Assembly (NCBI RefSeq): GCF_018977255.1
Contig: NW_024704742.1
Coordinates: forward strand, 22,322,001 to 22,386,000
DNA length: 64,000 bases
DNA from: Callorhinchus milii
Taxonomy: Eukaryota
Direction: 5' to 3'
Below are positions 1 through 10,120 of the stretch, piece after piece (the stretch's first letter is position 1; each line of letters opens with the position of its first letter). The translations under genes and the position numbers were made by a program. Under the pieces are notes generated by a model. The model saw nothing but the letters and a program-made list of their open reading frames with translations. It searched no databases and was not told the origin of the DNA.

Positions 1-7
1 TACTGTG

Positions 8-1003
8 TTGGTGACATCATCCGCAGACATGGGGTCAACTTCCACATGTATGCGGATGACACGCAACTCTACCTCTCTGCCTCCGCCCTTGACTCTAGGA
101 CCACTGTTGTGCTGACAGAACGTCTGTCAGGCATCAAGTCCTGGATGAGAGCTAACTTTCTACAGTTCAACGTCAACAAGACCGAGGCGCTCCTGATTGG
201 CTCACGTCAGCGCCTCCTCACCTCAGGCGCTGACAGAATCACCATCCATGGTTGCACACTCCACCTTGCTAAGCCAGTCGGGAACCTTGGGGTCTTGTTT
301 GACCCTCAACTATCCTTTCTACATCTGCGCCATGTCCCGCTCTGCCTTCTCCCACCTCCGCAACGTCACTCGGCTCTGACACTGTCTCACACCGCAGGCC
401 GTTGAAACCCTCATACACGCTTTCATTACATCGAGGCTTGACTGTGCAAACTCATTGCTTGTCAGCCTCCCCAACTCTTCCCTCCACAGGCTGCAGATCA
501 TCCAAAACTCTGCAGCCCGTATGCTCTTCCACACTAGGCTCCGCGACCCTATCACCACCATCCTTGCCCAGCTCCACTGGCTTCCCATCACACAGAGGAT
601 ACAGTTCAAGATCCTTCAAAGCCTTCCATGGTTTTGCTCCACCCTACCTCTGCGACCTCCTAACCCCTACCATTCTGGTCGCTCCCTCCGCTCAGCGGGC
701 ACGGCCTGCTTCATGTACCCCGCCTTGCTCGCCCCACTATTGGAGGGCGGTCCTTCCGCCACTCTGCCCCCACCCTCTGGAACTCAATCCCGCAGTCCCT
801 CTCTCAACCCCTCTCTTGCCACCTTCAAGACCCATTTCGAGACCCTCCTCTTCAACCGTGCTTTCGATCTCCCTGCTTCCCCCCCCTGCCCTCCACCCCA
901 CCACTACCCTCAGCTCGGGTCCATAACTCTGTCAGTTCAGCGCCTTGGGACGTCCTGCCGACGTGAAAGGCGCTTTACAAATGTAATTTTGTTGTTGTTA
1001 TTG
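8..1003 (+). mobile_element. 5'-truncated, frameshifted L2-clade LINE (RT C-terminus + 3' tail)
   Basis: Translates across frames to [62 protein letters not shown]; ends in the tail CAGCGCCTTGGGACGTCCTGCCGACGTGAAAGGCGCT followed by (TTG)n. Confidence 0.92.
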
Positions 1004-1214
1004 GAGTAAATATAACCATCTAATCCCTATCCAAATATTTATCCAATTATTTATTGAACGATTTAATTGACAAAGCATTTGTTACTTTACTAGGGTTCTA
1101 CTAGTTAACTTGTAGAACCTAAATTTGTTAAACTTCTAAACTTGTCAGAGGAAAAACTATTTTTCTAATCTTTTGTTCTGTGGCTCTCACCTTCTCAACT
1201 CACAGTTCATGATG

Positions 1215-1380
1215 AACAGTCTCCTTCAAAGCCCATCTCAAGATCTTGCTCTTTGACAGTGCCTTCACTGTCATCCCCCACCTCCACTACCATTGCCCTC
1301 CACACCTTTTGACTCTAACCTCCAGCTCTGGTGCCACTGTCCAACACTTTGGGATGTATTCCCGATTCAATCTGTTGTTC
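1215..1380 (+). mobile_element. Degraded L2 3'-end fragment
   Basis: CCTTCAAAGCCCATCTCAAGATCTTGCTCTTTGAC and CACTTTGGGATGT resemble the 3' ends of the L2 copies at 820-960 and 7045-7250. Confidence 0.5.
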
Positions 1381-3039
1381 TACTGCTAGTGTAATGACTC
1401 TTTTTAAAACCTAACAGGGCAGCCAAAGTACACAGAGCTAGGTGCCACATACAGCCATGAAGTGAGTGACCAATTGTTAGTGATCTGTGTCTCGTGATTT
1501 TCACAGTTCTTTTTTGAAGGAGTTAATAGTGCCTGTTTTATTTGGGATACTATGTAATTTATTACTCTGTAGTGGAAAATTACTTTACTTAATGGTCAAG
1601 TGCTCATAAAATAGCCTCCTTATACCTAATTCATCTCATTGTTTTAAAGATCTGGTTTATTTCCCTTTCTGTGTTTTATAATGGAAGTTAGAAAATAATG
1701 TTTTTATAATGTTCAGTTCTACAAGCCAATCCTCATAACGTATAATTGTGTCCAGGTATCATCATTGTTGCTCCTCTATAACTACCTGAGATGTTTCAAT
1801 ATTCTTTCCCAAAAACACACCCATAACTGGATCTAATTTGCAATATTTCTTAATAAGGAATCCCATTAGAATTCCTGCCGAACCACAGAAACTTCTCCAG
1901 GAATAGATTGTATTGGAAAAAAGCTCCTGCAGATCAGCATGATCTCCAATTAATTGCATATTGGATAAAACAGCATATTCCATTTATTCTAGGTACTGAA
2001 AATTCACTATTTGTTTGTATAGTATTGCACTGCACTCACATGCATATGGGATAGCCAGGCGATTTCATTTGTATCTGTGCAATCAGTTCAGATAATTGCA
2101 TTGTTTGATGAATTGACTTACCAGTGAACTTTACAATATGTTAAAATAAATTCTTTAGACAAAGTCAAACACCCTTAGAATCAAACCTAGTACTTGAGCA
2201 GTTTTACTGACAGCAGATTTACATTGCCTTGAAACCTTGAGTAATTTATCAATACTCACATCCAAATCTTTTTTCTATCCTTGGAAAGGCATTTGCCAGG
2301 TTATTTTTATTTCTTACATTTCAGTATACAGTGATTGTTCGAGGAAAATAATTTATCCTATGTTTTTCCTCAAATTTTTTACTCCCAATATCTGGTACAA
2401 TGGGGCTAAAATGCTGTCAATGTCAGAATAACCTCACATATAATGACCTTAGTGCAAGGTGGTCTCACTCAGTTTTCCTCTCTGCCAGTTGCAGTATAAC
2501 TGTAGCCTGGGCAACATTCATTTTCTAAAAAAAAATTAAATGGCCTCCTGTACTGCCATTCGATTTTCTTGATTGAAAAGAGCTGACAGGACAGAAATCA
2601 ATCAGAAAAAAAAACATATCAGCAGTAAATCACACTCTGTGCGTGTGTTTGAGTGTACATCATGGAGCTGTCACTCATCTCCTCCCCCAAAGCCACGCAG
2701 GAGACCAGCAAAACTCTGCCCACAGCTCAGCAAAAATAGTGCCTTGCACTTTTACTGTATCGCCAATATAACAGCAGCAATACAAATGATGGAACCATCC
2801 TTCCACTACAACCAATGGGGAGATATATTTTAATTCTACGAGCTCCTATTTTTTTCATGAATCTTTCTATTTCTTCGAGGTCACTGTCGATCAGCTGTCA
2901 TTACATTCAGTAGTGAGTCAATAAAGTGGGTTGTTTCCTTTTTTTTTACTTAAGTAAATTAAGTGTGTTGAGGCAATATTTATAAATGTCACCACCAGAG
3001 AATTTAATATATATACTGTACACACACAATATATAATAT

Positions 3040-3155
3040 AGGCTGCCGTGTTCCTCTACAAACTCACAGTCACTACACTTCACAGTGATTCCTCTGAAGT
3101 GCTTTGAGATGTCTCAATGACCTGAAACCGTGCCTTATCAAATGCAAAGATTATA
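3040..3155 (+). mobile_element. SINE 3' tail fragment (Deu/L2-type tail)
   Basis: GGCTGCCGTGTTCCTCTAC...CAGTCACTACACTT...AAGTGCTTTGAGATGTCTC...TATCAAATGCAAAGATTAT matches the SINE tails elsewhere in the window. Confidence 0.65.
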
Positions 3156-4119
3156 TCCCGCTGCAATTATTTAAATATCAGTTAATGTATTGGGTAATGC
3201 TAAATTAAAGTAGTTATTACCCTCAGCTTGTATTCAATTGTGGTAATGAATTTCTCTTGATTTTGAAAAACACTACTGGGTTGTTTCAGTCTGTGAGCAT
3301 GGTGGATATTTATGCCCAATTTACACAACCTCAACATGACTCAGGCAATGAACTGCAATATGAATCAACAGATCACTGCCTAATGATTTCTGACAAGCGC
3401 TACGGTAACAGGACTATGTCCAGGCTGGGAAGCCGCATGTCATGATGTAGTGGAGTCAGCTCACTAGGTGCTGAAGCGCAGGTGGTGACATGGTGAATTA
3501 GTAGCTAGACACCTTCAGATGCAGCACTTAAAGCCACAAAAAAGCCTTGTATGACCCTAGAGGTATAAGAAAGAATCTGAAATGAAACTATTACCAGTAA
3601 ATTATGCATAAGAAATGATGTGTGTTAACCCTTTGCTCTTCAAGCTTTCTTTCTCCAAGGAGCCTAAATCTATTGGTCAATTCCCACTTTGAACAGAAAA
3701 GATTCACCATATAATAAACATTATCCAATAAATGACAATATTGGGAATCATAAGTCCAATACCTATGCAGTATAGAAAGAGCCATGTTTTATACAATAAA
3801 ACATCATCTTGGATTGCAACGACTATTTACATAATATAAGTTTGATTCCTCTGTTAGAATGTTACATTTATTTCTGTCCTAACTTGCCCAGGCTGAGGTG
3901 GATAAAGGATTTGTCTCAATCGCTTACTTAGTTGTTCATCATAGAGCCCCATGTAAAAAAAATAAATAATTTAAATCAAACGCCCTGAAAAATAATTTAC
4001 TATTGAATCAAATCCTAAAGCAGTTGTAAGCAAAATAACAATAAACAAAATGTGAATCATTTCTATACTGAGCATGAAGTTGTGTTATTATTGCTGCTAA
4101 GCTTTACGATTAATACATG

Positions 4120-4330
4120 TCTCAAAACATTTCAAAAGTAATTTCTATCAAGTAACTGCATTTGGAGGCAAATCCAGCTCAGCAGGTCTCACAAACACCC
4201 ATCAAGTGATTGAGTTTATTCAGAGATTGTTGGCAGGAGACTGGGAGACACCAACTTTTTTTTTCAGCTTCATGGGATCTTTAACTTCCTTCTGAGTAGG
4301 TAGATGTGACCTTGGTTTAGATGTCAGTCT
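4120..4330 (-). mobile_element. DeuSINE-like fragment, reverse orientation
   Basis: Reverse complement contains TTAAAGATCCCATG, CTCCCAGTCTCCTGCCAACA and GTTTGTGAGACCTGCTG, the Deu-domain landmarks also seen at 4450-4680. Confidence 0.6.
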
Positions 4331-4334
4331 ATCG

Positions 4335-4725
4335 TAGTTGGTAGCACTCATCTCTGAATCAGAAGGTTGTGGGTTCAGGCCCCATGTTGGGACTTTGAAC
4401 TCAAAGCTTCCGCACATGCTCCAATGCAGTGGTTGGGTTGTGTTGCATTGTCAGAGGTGCCATCCTTCAGATGAGATGTTAAAACAAGGTCTTGTTTGCT
4501 TGTTCATTTGGATGTTAAAATATGCCACTGCACAATTCATAAGAGAATTGTGAGTTTCTCACAGTGAAGGGAGAAGGGAGTTTCTCCTGATGTCCTGGCC
4601 AACAACTCATCAGATAAAGCGCATTCCATGGCTGTTTGTGGGACTTTGCTGTATCCAAATTGGCGGTGGCATTTGCGTTCAAAATAAACAATCACTCCAC
4701 TAACAATAAATCTCGTGAAGCCCTC
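4335..4725 (+). mobile_element. DeuSINE (SacSINE1/AmnSINE1-like), tRNA head + Deu domain
   Basis: Head GTTGGTAGCACTC..TCTGAATCAGAAGGTTGTGGGTTCAGGCCCCA; Deu core GCATTGTCAGAGGTGCCATCCTTCAGATGAGATGTTAAA...GTCCTGGCCAACA...GCTGTTTGTGGGACTTTGCTGT. Family name is from recalled consensus. Confidence 0.8.
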
Positions 4726-5404
4726 ACAAAAATTTGGTATGAACTGCAGTTAAACAATGATGGCAAGTTTCTACAGTTATCCAGTTTTAAATGCCAGAGA
4801 GAATAAAGCTGCTTATGCTAATTGTACCATCTAAACTCTTCCCTCAGTAAGTGAACACAGGTCTATAACTGGTAATTAGAATATGAACAAAAAGGCTTCA
4901 TAACTTACAAAGCTTTACTTTGTTTCTTTTTAACAATGTAGTTTAGTACTCCGAGCTTTCAAAGAGTCCATGTCCCAGCTGCGTGACATGGGAGTCCACA
5001 TTTAAAATTAAAATGTCCTTTATTCCTCATCTCACAAAATCTTTTTTTATGTGCAATATTACTTTCCTTGTTGCCAGGGAGGGCAATTTTCCTTCAACAA
5101 CTGTGCTGTGTCTAGACATTTGTTCTTTGCACGCCAGTGGAAATAAAGAAGGGGAATATTAGACGCAAGTTTAAATATTAACACAATTGTGCACAATCCA
5201 TCCCAGGCTAATAAATACGTAGAGTAAGGAATCATTCGGAAAAGGAGGGTCACAGTTTTGTTTGATTAATGTTCCTGAAACCTGGTTAGGTTTCCATTGA
5301 AGTTTAAACACCAATCCTTCTGGCTGGATTTATCCACACCAATGACTTCAAGAATTATTGATTGGACAATCTGTTCCTCCCTGGAGGCATGCTGCTTTCT
5401 CCAC

Positions 5405-5575
5405 TGATGGGTCTCCAACCTGTAGCTTTGGCGTTCCTGGAGAGTCAGGCTAGCTTATCTTTGGCTTGTCTCTTCAGGTCATCGCACTTCTGTTTTAATA
5501 TCCTGCACTGCCCTTAGAAAGGTAGTTACACAACTGAATTCCTGAGTGATTACTGCCAATATTTTTTTTAAACTG
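5405..5575 (-). mobile_element. Fossil Myb/SANT-like (Myb_DNA-bind_5) ORF fragment, probably PIF/Harbinger transposon
   Basis: Minus strand with one frameshift reads LKKILAVITQEFSCVTTFLRAVQDIK/QKCDDLKRQAKDKLA*LSRNAKATGWRP, fitting the W..I...VNA....RT..++KKW.DLKR.AK.KLA.......TGGGP pattern of Harbinger Myb/SANT proteins. Confidence 0.6.
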
Positions 5576-5939
5576 GGACAACAAAAGCAAGGCCATGGGA
5601 GCAATGTTAATGTCCTGCAATGATCCATCTTGTTTACAGTTCTGATCGCTAAATAATTAATTTGCTATGCTACATTTAAAATTAGCAGATCATAATAACA
5701 TTTGATTTTGCTCACAAAATATACGGTCAATTCACTTTACAGTATATTCTGTGAAGTGCTTTGACACATCTTAATGACGTTATAATTTCCACTTCAACCC
5801 CAAATTTTCATTGGTGCTTTATAAATGCATTTAAGGGTGACTTTAAGTGAACCATACAATTACATGAAAAGGCTTAACAAGGCCTTTTGAAGCAATGGAC
5901 TCTACTTGGAGCATAGCTATGCAGACTTGGAAAATCTAG

Positions 5940-6018
5940 AGTTAAATCTCTGGTCTGTGTTGAATCATCCACTTTCAACCAGGGTAGCACTAGGGACATT
6001 ACAATTAGCCTCAGCTGT
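5940..6018 (+). mobile_element. Ancient SINE fragment (AmnSINE2-like by recollection)
   Basis: GGTCTGTGTTGAATCATCCACTTTCAACCAGGGTAGCACTAGGGACATTACAATTAGCCTCAG resembles a recalled ancient vertebrate SINE consensus; not verified by search. Confidence 0.4.
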
Positions 6019-6202
6019 GAAAAATTAACAACAACTTGCACTTAAATACATTAACACCTTCCACATACAATGAAGCGCTTTGAGAAGTCCTTCCGATGTG
6101 AAAAGGCACTATACCAAATGCAAGGTTTTTTTAACATCTCAAAGCACTTCATAGAGATGGGAGAACTAAGGCAAATTTAAGAGTATTTACTAAATACATG
6201 TA

Positions 6203-7305
6203 TTCTACATGCTCCCCCTTGGTGACATCATCCGCAGACATGGAGTTAACTTCCACATGTATGCGGATGACACCCAACTCTACCTTTCCTCCTCTACTCT
6301 CAACTCCACGACCACCGATGTCCTGACAGCTGCCTGTCCGACATCGAGTCCTGGACGAGAGACAACTTTCTTCAGCTCAATGTGCGAAAAACCGAGGCCC
6401 TCCTGATTGGCTCACGTCAGCGCCTCCGCACCTCAGGCGCTGACACCATCAGCATCCAAGGCTGCACTCTCCACCTCTCAAAGCCAGTCAGGAACCTCGG
6501 CGTTTTGTTCGACCCTGAGCTGTCCTTTCTCCCTCACATCCGCACCACAACTGGCACCGCCTTCCATCACCTCCGGAACATCGCCAGACTATGCACTACC
6601 TCACCCCTCACGCTGCTGAAACCCTGGTTCACGCCTTTGTCACCTCAAGGCTGGACTATGGGAACTCTCTCCTCGCCGGCCTTCCCGCCACCTCCCTCCA
6701 CAAGCTGCAGGTCATTCAGAACTCTGCAGCTCGTGTACTGTCCCGCACCAGGCTTCGGACCACATCACTCCCACCCTCGCTCGCCTCCACTGGCTCCCCA
6801 TCCCCCAGAGGATTGATTTCAAGATCCTCATCCTCACCTACAAGGCCATTCACGGCCTGCTCCCTCCTACCTCTCCAACCTACTATCCCCCTACCTACCT
6901 ACCCGTACCCTCCGTTCCTCTGGCTCCGGTCTGCTCCACGTCCCCCGCCCCAACTGCCCTACCATCGGTGGTCGGGCCTTCAGCCTCTCAGCCCCCAGGC
7001 TCTGGAACTCCATCCCCAGTGCCTTCGCCGCTTCCTCCCTTTCCTCCTTCAAGGCCGGTCTCAAAACCTTTCTCTTTGACCGAGCCTTCAGCTCCCCTCT
7101 CGACTCTCTTCCCCCTCCTCGCTCCCTCCCTTCCCTCCCCTCATCCTGACCATTTCCCCCCTCCTCGCTCCCTCCCTTCCCTCCCCTCACCCTGACCATT
7201 TCCCCCCTGCTCGGGTCATGACCCAACTGTGCAGCGCCTTGGGACGTCCTCCTGACGTGAAAGGCGCTTTATAAATGGAATCTTGTTGTTGTTGAATCTT
7301 GTTGT
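6203..7305 (+). mobile_element. 5'-truncated, frameshifted L2-clade LINE
   Basis: [78 protein letters not shown]-rich 3' UTR; tail CAGCGCCTTGGGACGTCCTCCTGACGTGAAAGGCGCT followed by (TTG)n. Confidence 0.93.
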
Positions 7306-8130
7306 TAAATATGTGGGCAAAGAGATCCATTTTTAAGAGGGTTTTGAAGGAAGGGAAATATGAAGCGCAAGACTAGAAATTTTGGAGAGTTCCAGGGCGT
7401 AGGAATGTAGTAACTGAAGCTTGACAATGGGATGAAGGGAGTGAGGAACATGCAGTAGCCCAGAATTGGCAGGAGAATAAGGTTTTTAGTCAATCCAGGT
7501 GTTTTTCCACAATGCTTAAGATTATTCAAACCAACAACAAACAACATGGACTGACGGTTCCATATATGCCACCTACACATAGAAATGATCTATGTCGGAA
7601 ATAGAAAGGCATTCTCTCCCTGATGAGATGCATCCTGTTTATCTAATTCCAGTCACTGAGGATAGCGAAGTGGGCAATAGGGTACTGCTGAATTTTAACC
7701 AGTTAAAATCACGTAGCTTGTCATTAAGAGCGCTATCTGGCAAGGCTATCCACTGCATGTCTAATTATGACTGGTTGGGGCTTTGGCTTGTAGGGTAAAC
7801 GGAAGTGCAGTGGGAAGAATCTGTGCCTCCCGTCTGTCAATCCAAATCCCGACAACAAGCCATGCTGGCTGGTCTGCCATCTTTAGTACTTTGGAGGGGA
7901 TCCACCCGGCTCATGAACTGGACTACCGAAACCGCCACAGAGGACTGATTTAATTCTGACATTCCGATTCCAAGAACACCAACTTGAAGACAGTTCAGCT
8001 CCAAGGAAATCCTGCTTACTGACTCTTAAAGGAGGACAGTCACCAGCAAGGAGATTGTATGGTTGGGAAGGAACAGACTATAATGATAGATAAAGGTCAG
8101 TCAAAGATCTTGAAATTGATTTGCTGGTGG

Positions 8131-8459
8131 TAAATAATAATAATAATAATCCTTGCATTTGATATAGCGCTTTTCACGTCGGGAGGACGTCCCAAAGCGC
8201 TTCACAGAACACACTGTAAAGTGAATTGACTGTATATTTGTGGGCGAACGCAGCAGCCAATTGCGCACAACCCTGTCCCACAAACAGTCGTAGATTGAAA
8301 ATGATCAATTTATTATTGTTTTTGGTTTTTCGAGGGATTATTATTAGGCGTGTGGAGTAAGGAAACTTGCCCAAGGTTTCGCCCTGACCTGCCTGGAATT
8401 GAACCCAGGTGTCTTGCTTGCAAGGCAAGTGCTCTAACCACTGAGCTACAGGACTCCAC
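8131..8459 (-). mobile_element. Young tRNA(Ala)-derived SINE with L2-type tail
   Basis: Minus strand starts GTGGAGTCCTGTAGCTCAGTGGTTAGAGCACTTGCCTTGCAAGCAAG..GGTTCAATTCC (A box, anticodon arm with TGC, B box) and ends AAGCGCTTTGGGACGTCCTCCCGACGTGAAAAGCGCTATATCAAATGCAAGG(ATT)n. Confidence 0.9.
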
Positions 8460-8479
8460 AAATAGGGGTAATAGAAGGA

Positions 8480-8915
8480 TTGAAGAAGAGAATACAGGCC
8501 ACAGAGTTTTTGATGAATTAGGGCTTGCTGAGGGTGGAGCTTCAGAGATCAACAAAGAAAAAAATGGAGAAATCTAACTTGGAGGTGATGAAAGCATGGA
8601 TGATCAAGATTGAGATGGAAACACATAATGCTCCAGAGATGGAAGAAATCTGTTTTAGTCTTGGGGAGGGGAGTGGGGGTGGCAGTGGTTTGAAGCAGAG
8701 CTGGGAGTCAAGCAGAATGCTATATAGGCTCAGTTAGCTCGGTCAAGCCTCCAGGGAAATTGATGTGAAGCAAGAAGCAAGTCGACACTGGTGAGAACCA
8801 AGCAACATAGCTTCAGTTTCCCTGATCTTAATGTTAAAGAAGTTAGGGATCACCCAACACAGCAATAGACCTAGAATTAATGGAAGTACAAAAGTAGAAC
8901 TGGATGGCATCAGCA
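8480..8915 (-). mobile_element. Old degraded L2 RT fragment
   Basis: Minus strand gives ADAIQFY (degenerate ADDTQLY), WVIPNFFNIKIRETEAMLLGS (cf. [21 protein letters not shown]) and IHAFITS. Confidence 0.7.
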
Positions 8916-8984
8916 CACTTGTGGAAACTGACATTTCTACCGTGGATTGTGTTCCAAGGGAAAACACAGATAACATTGTTTACA

Positions 8985-9192
8985 GAAGAAAAAAATCAGC
9001 CACTGTTCCTGCTCCTGACTGCTGTCTGTAGCTTTACTCCAAAAAGTACATATTTGAGGATGTGGGTAAAGGACATGATCGAGCTCAGGCTGATAACCTT
9101 GCAGTTAATTAGCCAAGTGACACTTACCGTCAATGCTCACACAATAATAGTGGTCCCTTGGGCAAAGAGGGTACCTGTGGAATCACACCCAA
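8985..9192 (+). mobile_element. Ancient SINE 3' part (AmnSINE2-like by recollection)
   Basis: AAAATCAGCCACTGTTCCTGCTCCTGACTGCTGTC...GGACATGATCGAGCTC...GACACTTACCGTC...CCTGTGGAATCACACCC is colinear with a recalled ancient SINE consensus; unverified. Confidence 0.45.
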
Positions 9193-10120
9193 AAGGGGGG
9201 AAAAAAAGTCAAAAAAGGAGAGAAAATCTTTGCTAACACTAATTAGCAAACTATTTTAATCATAGAATAAGATGGTAACAGAAGTAAAAAGCTTGCAGCA
9301 AATATTAGCAAAAATAAAAAAACATGATATCCCATATTAAAGAGAATGTTATGAAATATTTACATAGCCTTGTAAATACATATTTACATAACAGTCTGAT
9401 TTAAATTCCCGATTTATCATTTTCTCCACTGGTATTTTTTCCCTCACTAACATATTATGATGAGTTTATTTGTGAAAGGATTTAGTGAGTTCTACTCCAC
9501 GACTATTAAATATTTTTGTGTTTTTTTTTAATAACAGCGGAATTAAATCACATGAAAATCTTTCACAAACTTCAGACCACAAAAATAATGTGGGCATTGT
9601 ATTTATTTTCAATTTCTAACTTGGCTCTATTTCCACTCTTCCAGATGTATGTACAGAATGGAATTGCATTTAGTTGGCATCCATGCGCAAAATGATTTTC
9701 CTACCAGATTTTTTTCCGTGGGGTTGGGGGAGGCAACAAGGACGGGTGCCATGAAAATAAATATATTAACAATCAAATGAGAAGAGGAGTGGCAGCTGCT
9801 GCACAAGCAGATGCATCGCGATCTTAGGTGCTGGTCATCCCTCTGCCTTTGATTCTTTACAGGAACACCATGTGCTTGAAAGGTAACTTGCACATTAACC
9901 CAACGCCTATCACCCCCAAAATAAGGAAAAAAAGAATCAAAAAAGGAGAGAAAATCATTGAGAAAAAAACATCCTTTCGCTTAACACCAAATAGCAAACT
10001 ATTTTGTTCGTGGAGTAGGATGGTAACAGACATATACAATTTGCTGCAAATATCAAAAATAAAAAAAATTAAAATCACATATTAAAGGGAATGTAATGAA
10101 ATATTTACATTTGCTGACAG
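9180..10120 (+). repeat. Diverged direct repeat, ~200-bp units at ~9180-9370 and ~9908-10112
   Basis: Shared colinear blocks TCAAAAAA(A)GGAGAGAAAATC, TAGCAAACTATTTT, GATGGTAACAGA, GCAAATAT, CATATTAAAG, ATGAAATATTTACAT. Confidence 0.8.

Noticed and set aside
1762..1983. 73-aa minus-strand ORF
   Set aside because: No recognisable homology or convincing splice context.
7700..8100. Moderately GC-rich stretch suspected to be a retroelement ORF
   Set aside because: The frames I translated gave no recognisable motif.
8385..8459. tRNA-Ala gene (also ~15045-15116)
   Set aside because: These are SINE heads: no proper acceptor stem pairing, and both continue into SINE body and tail.
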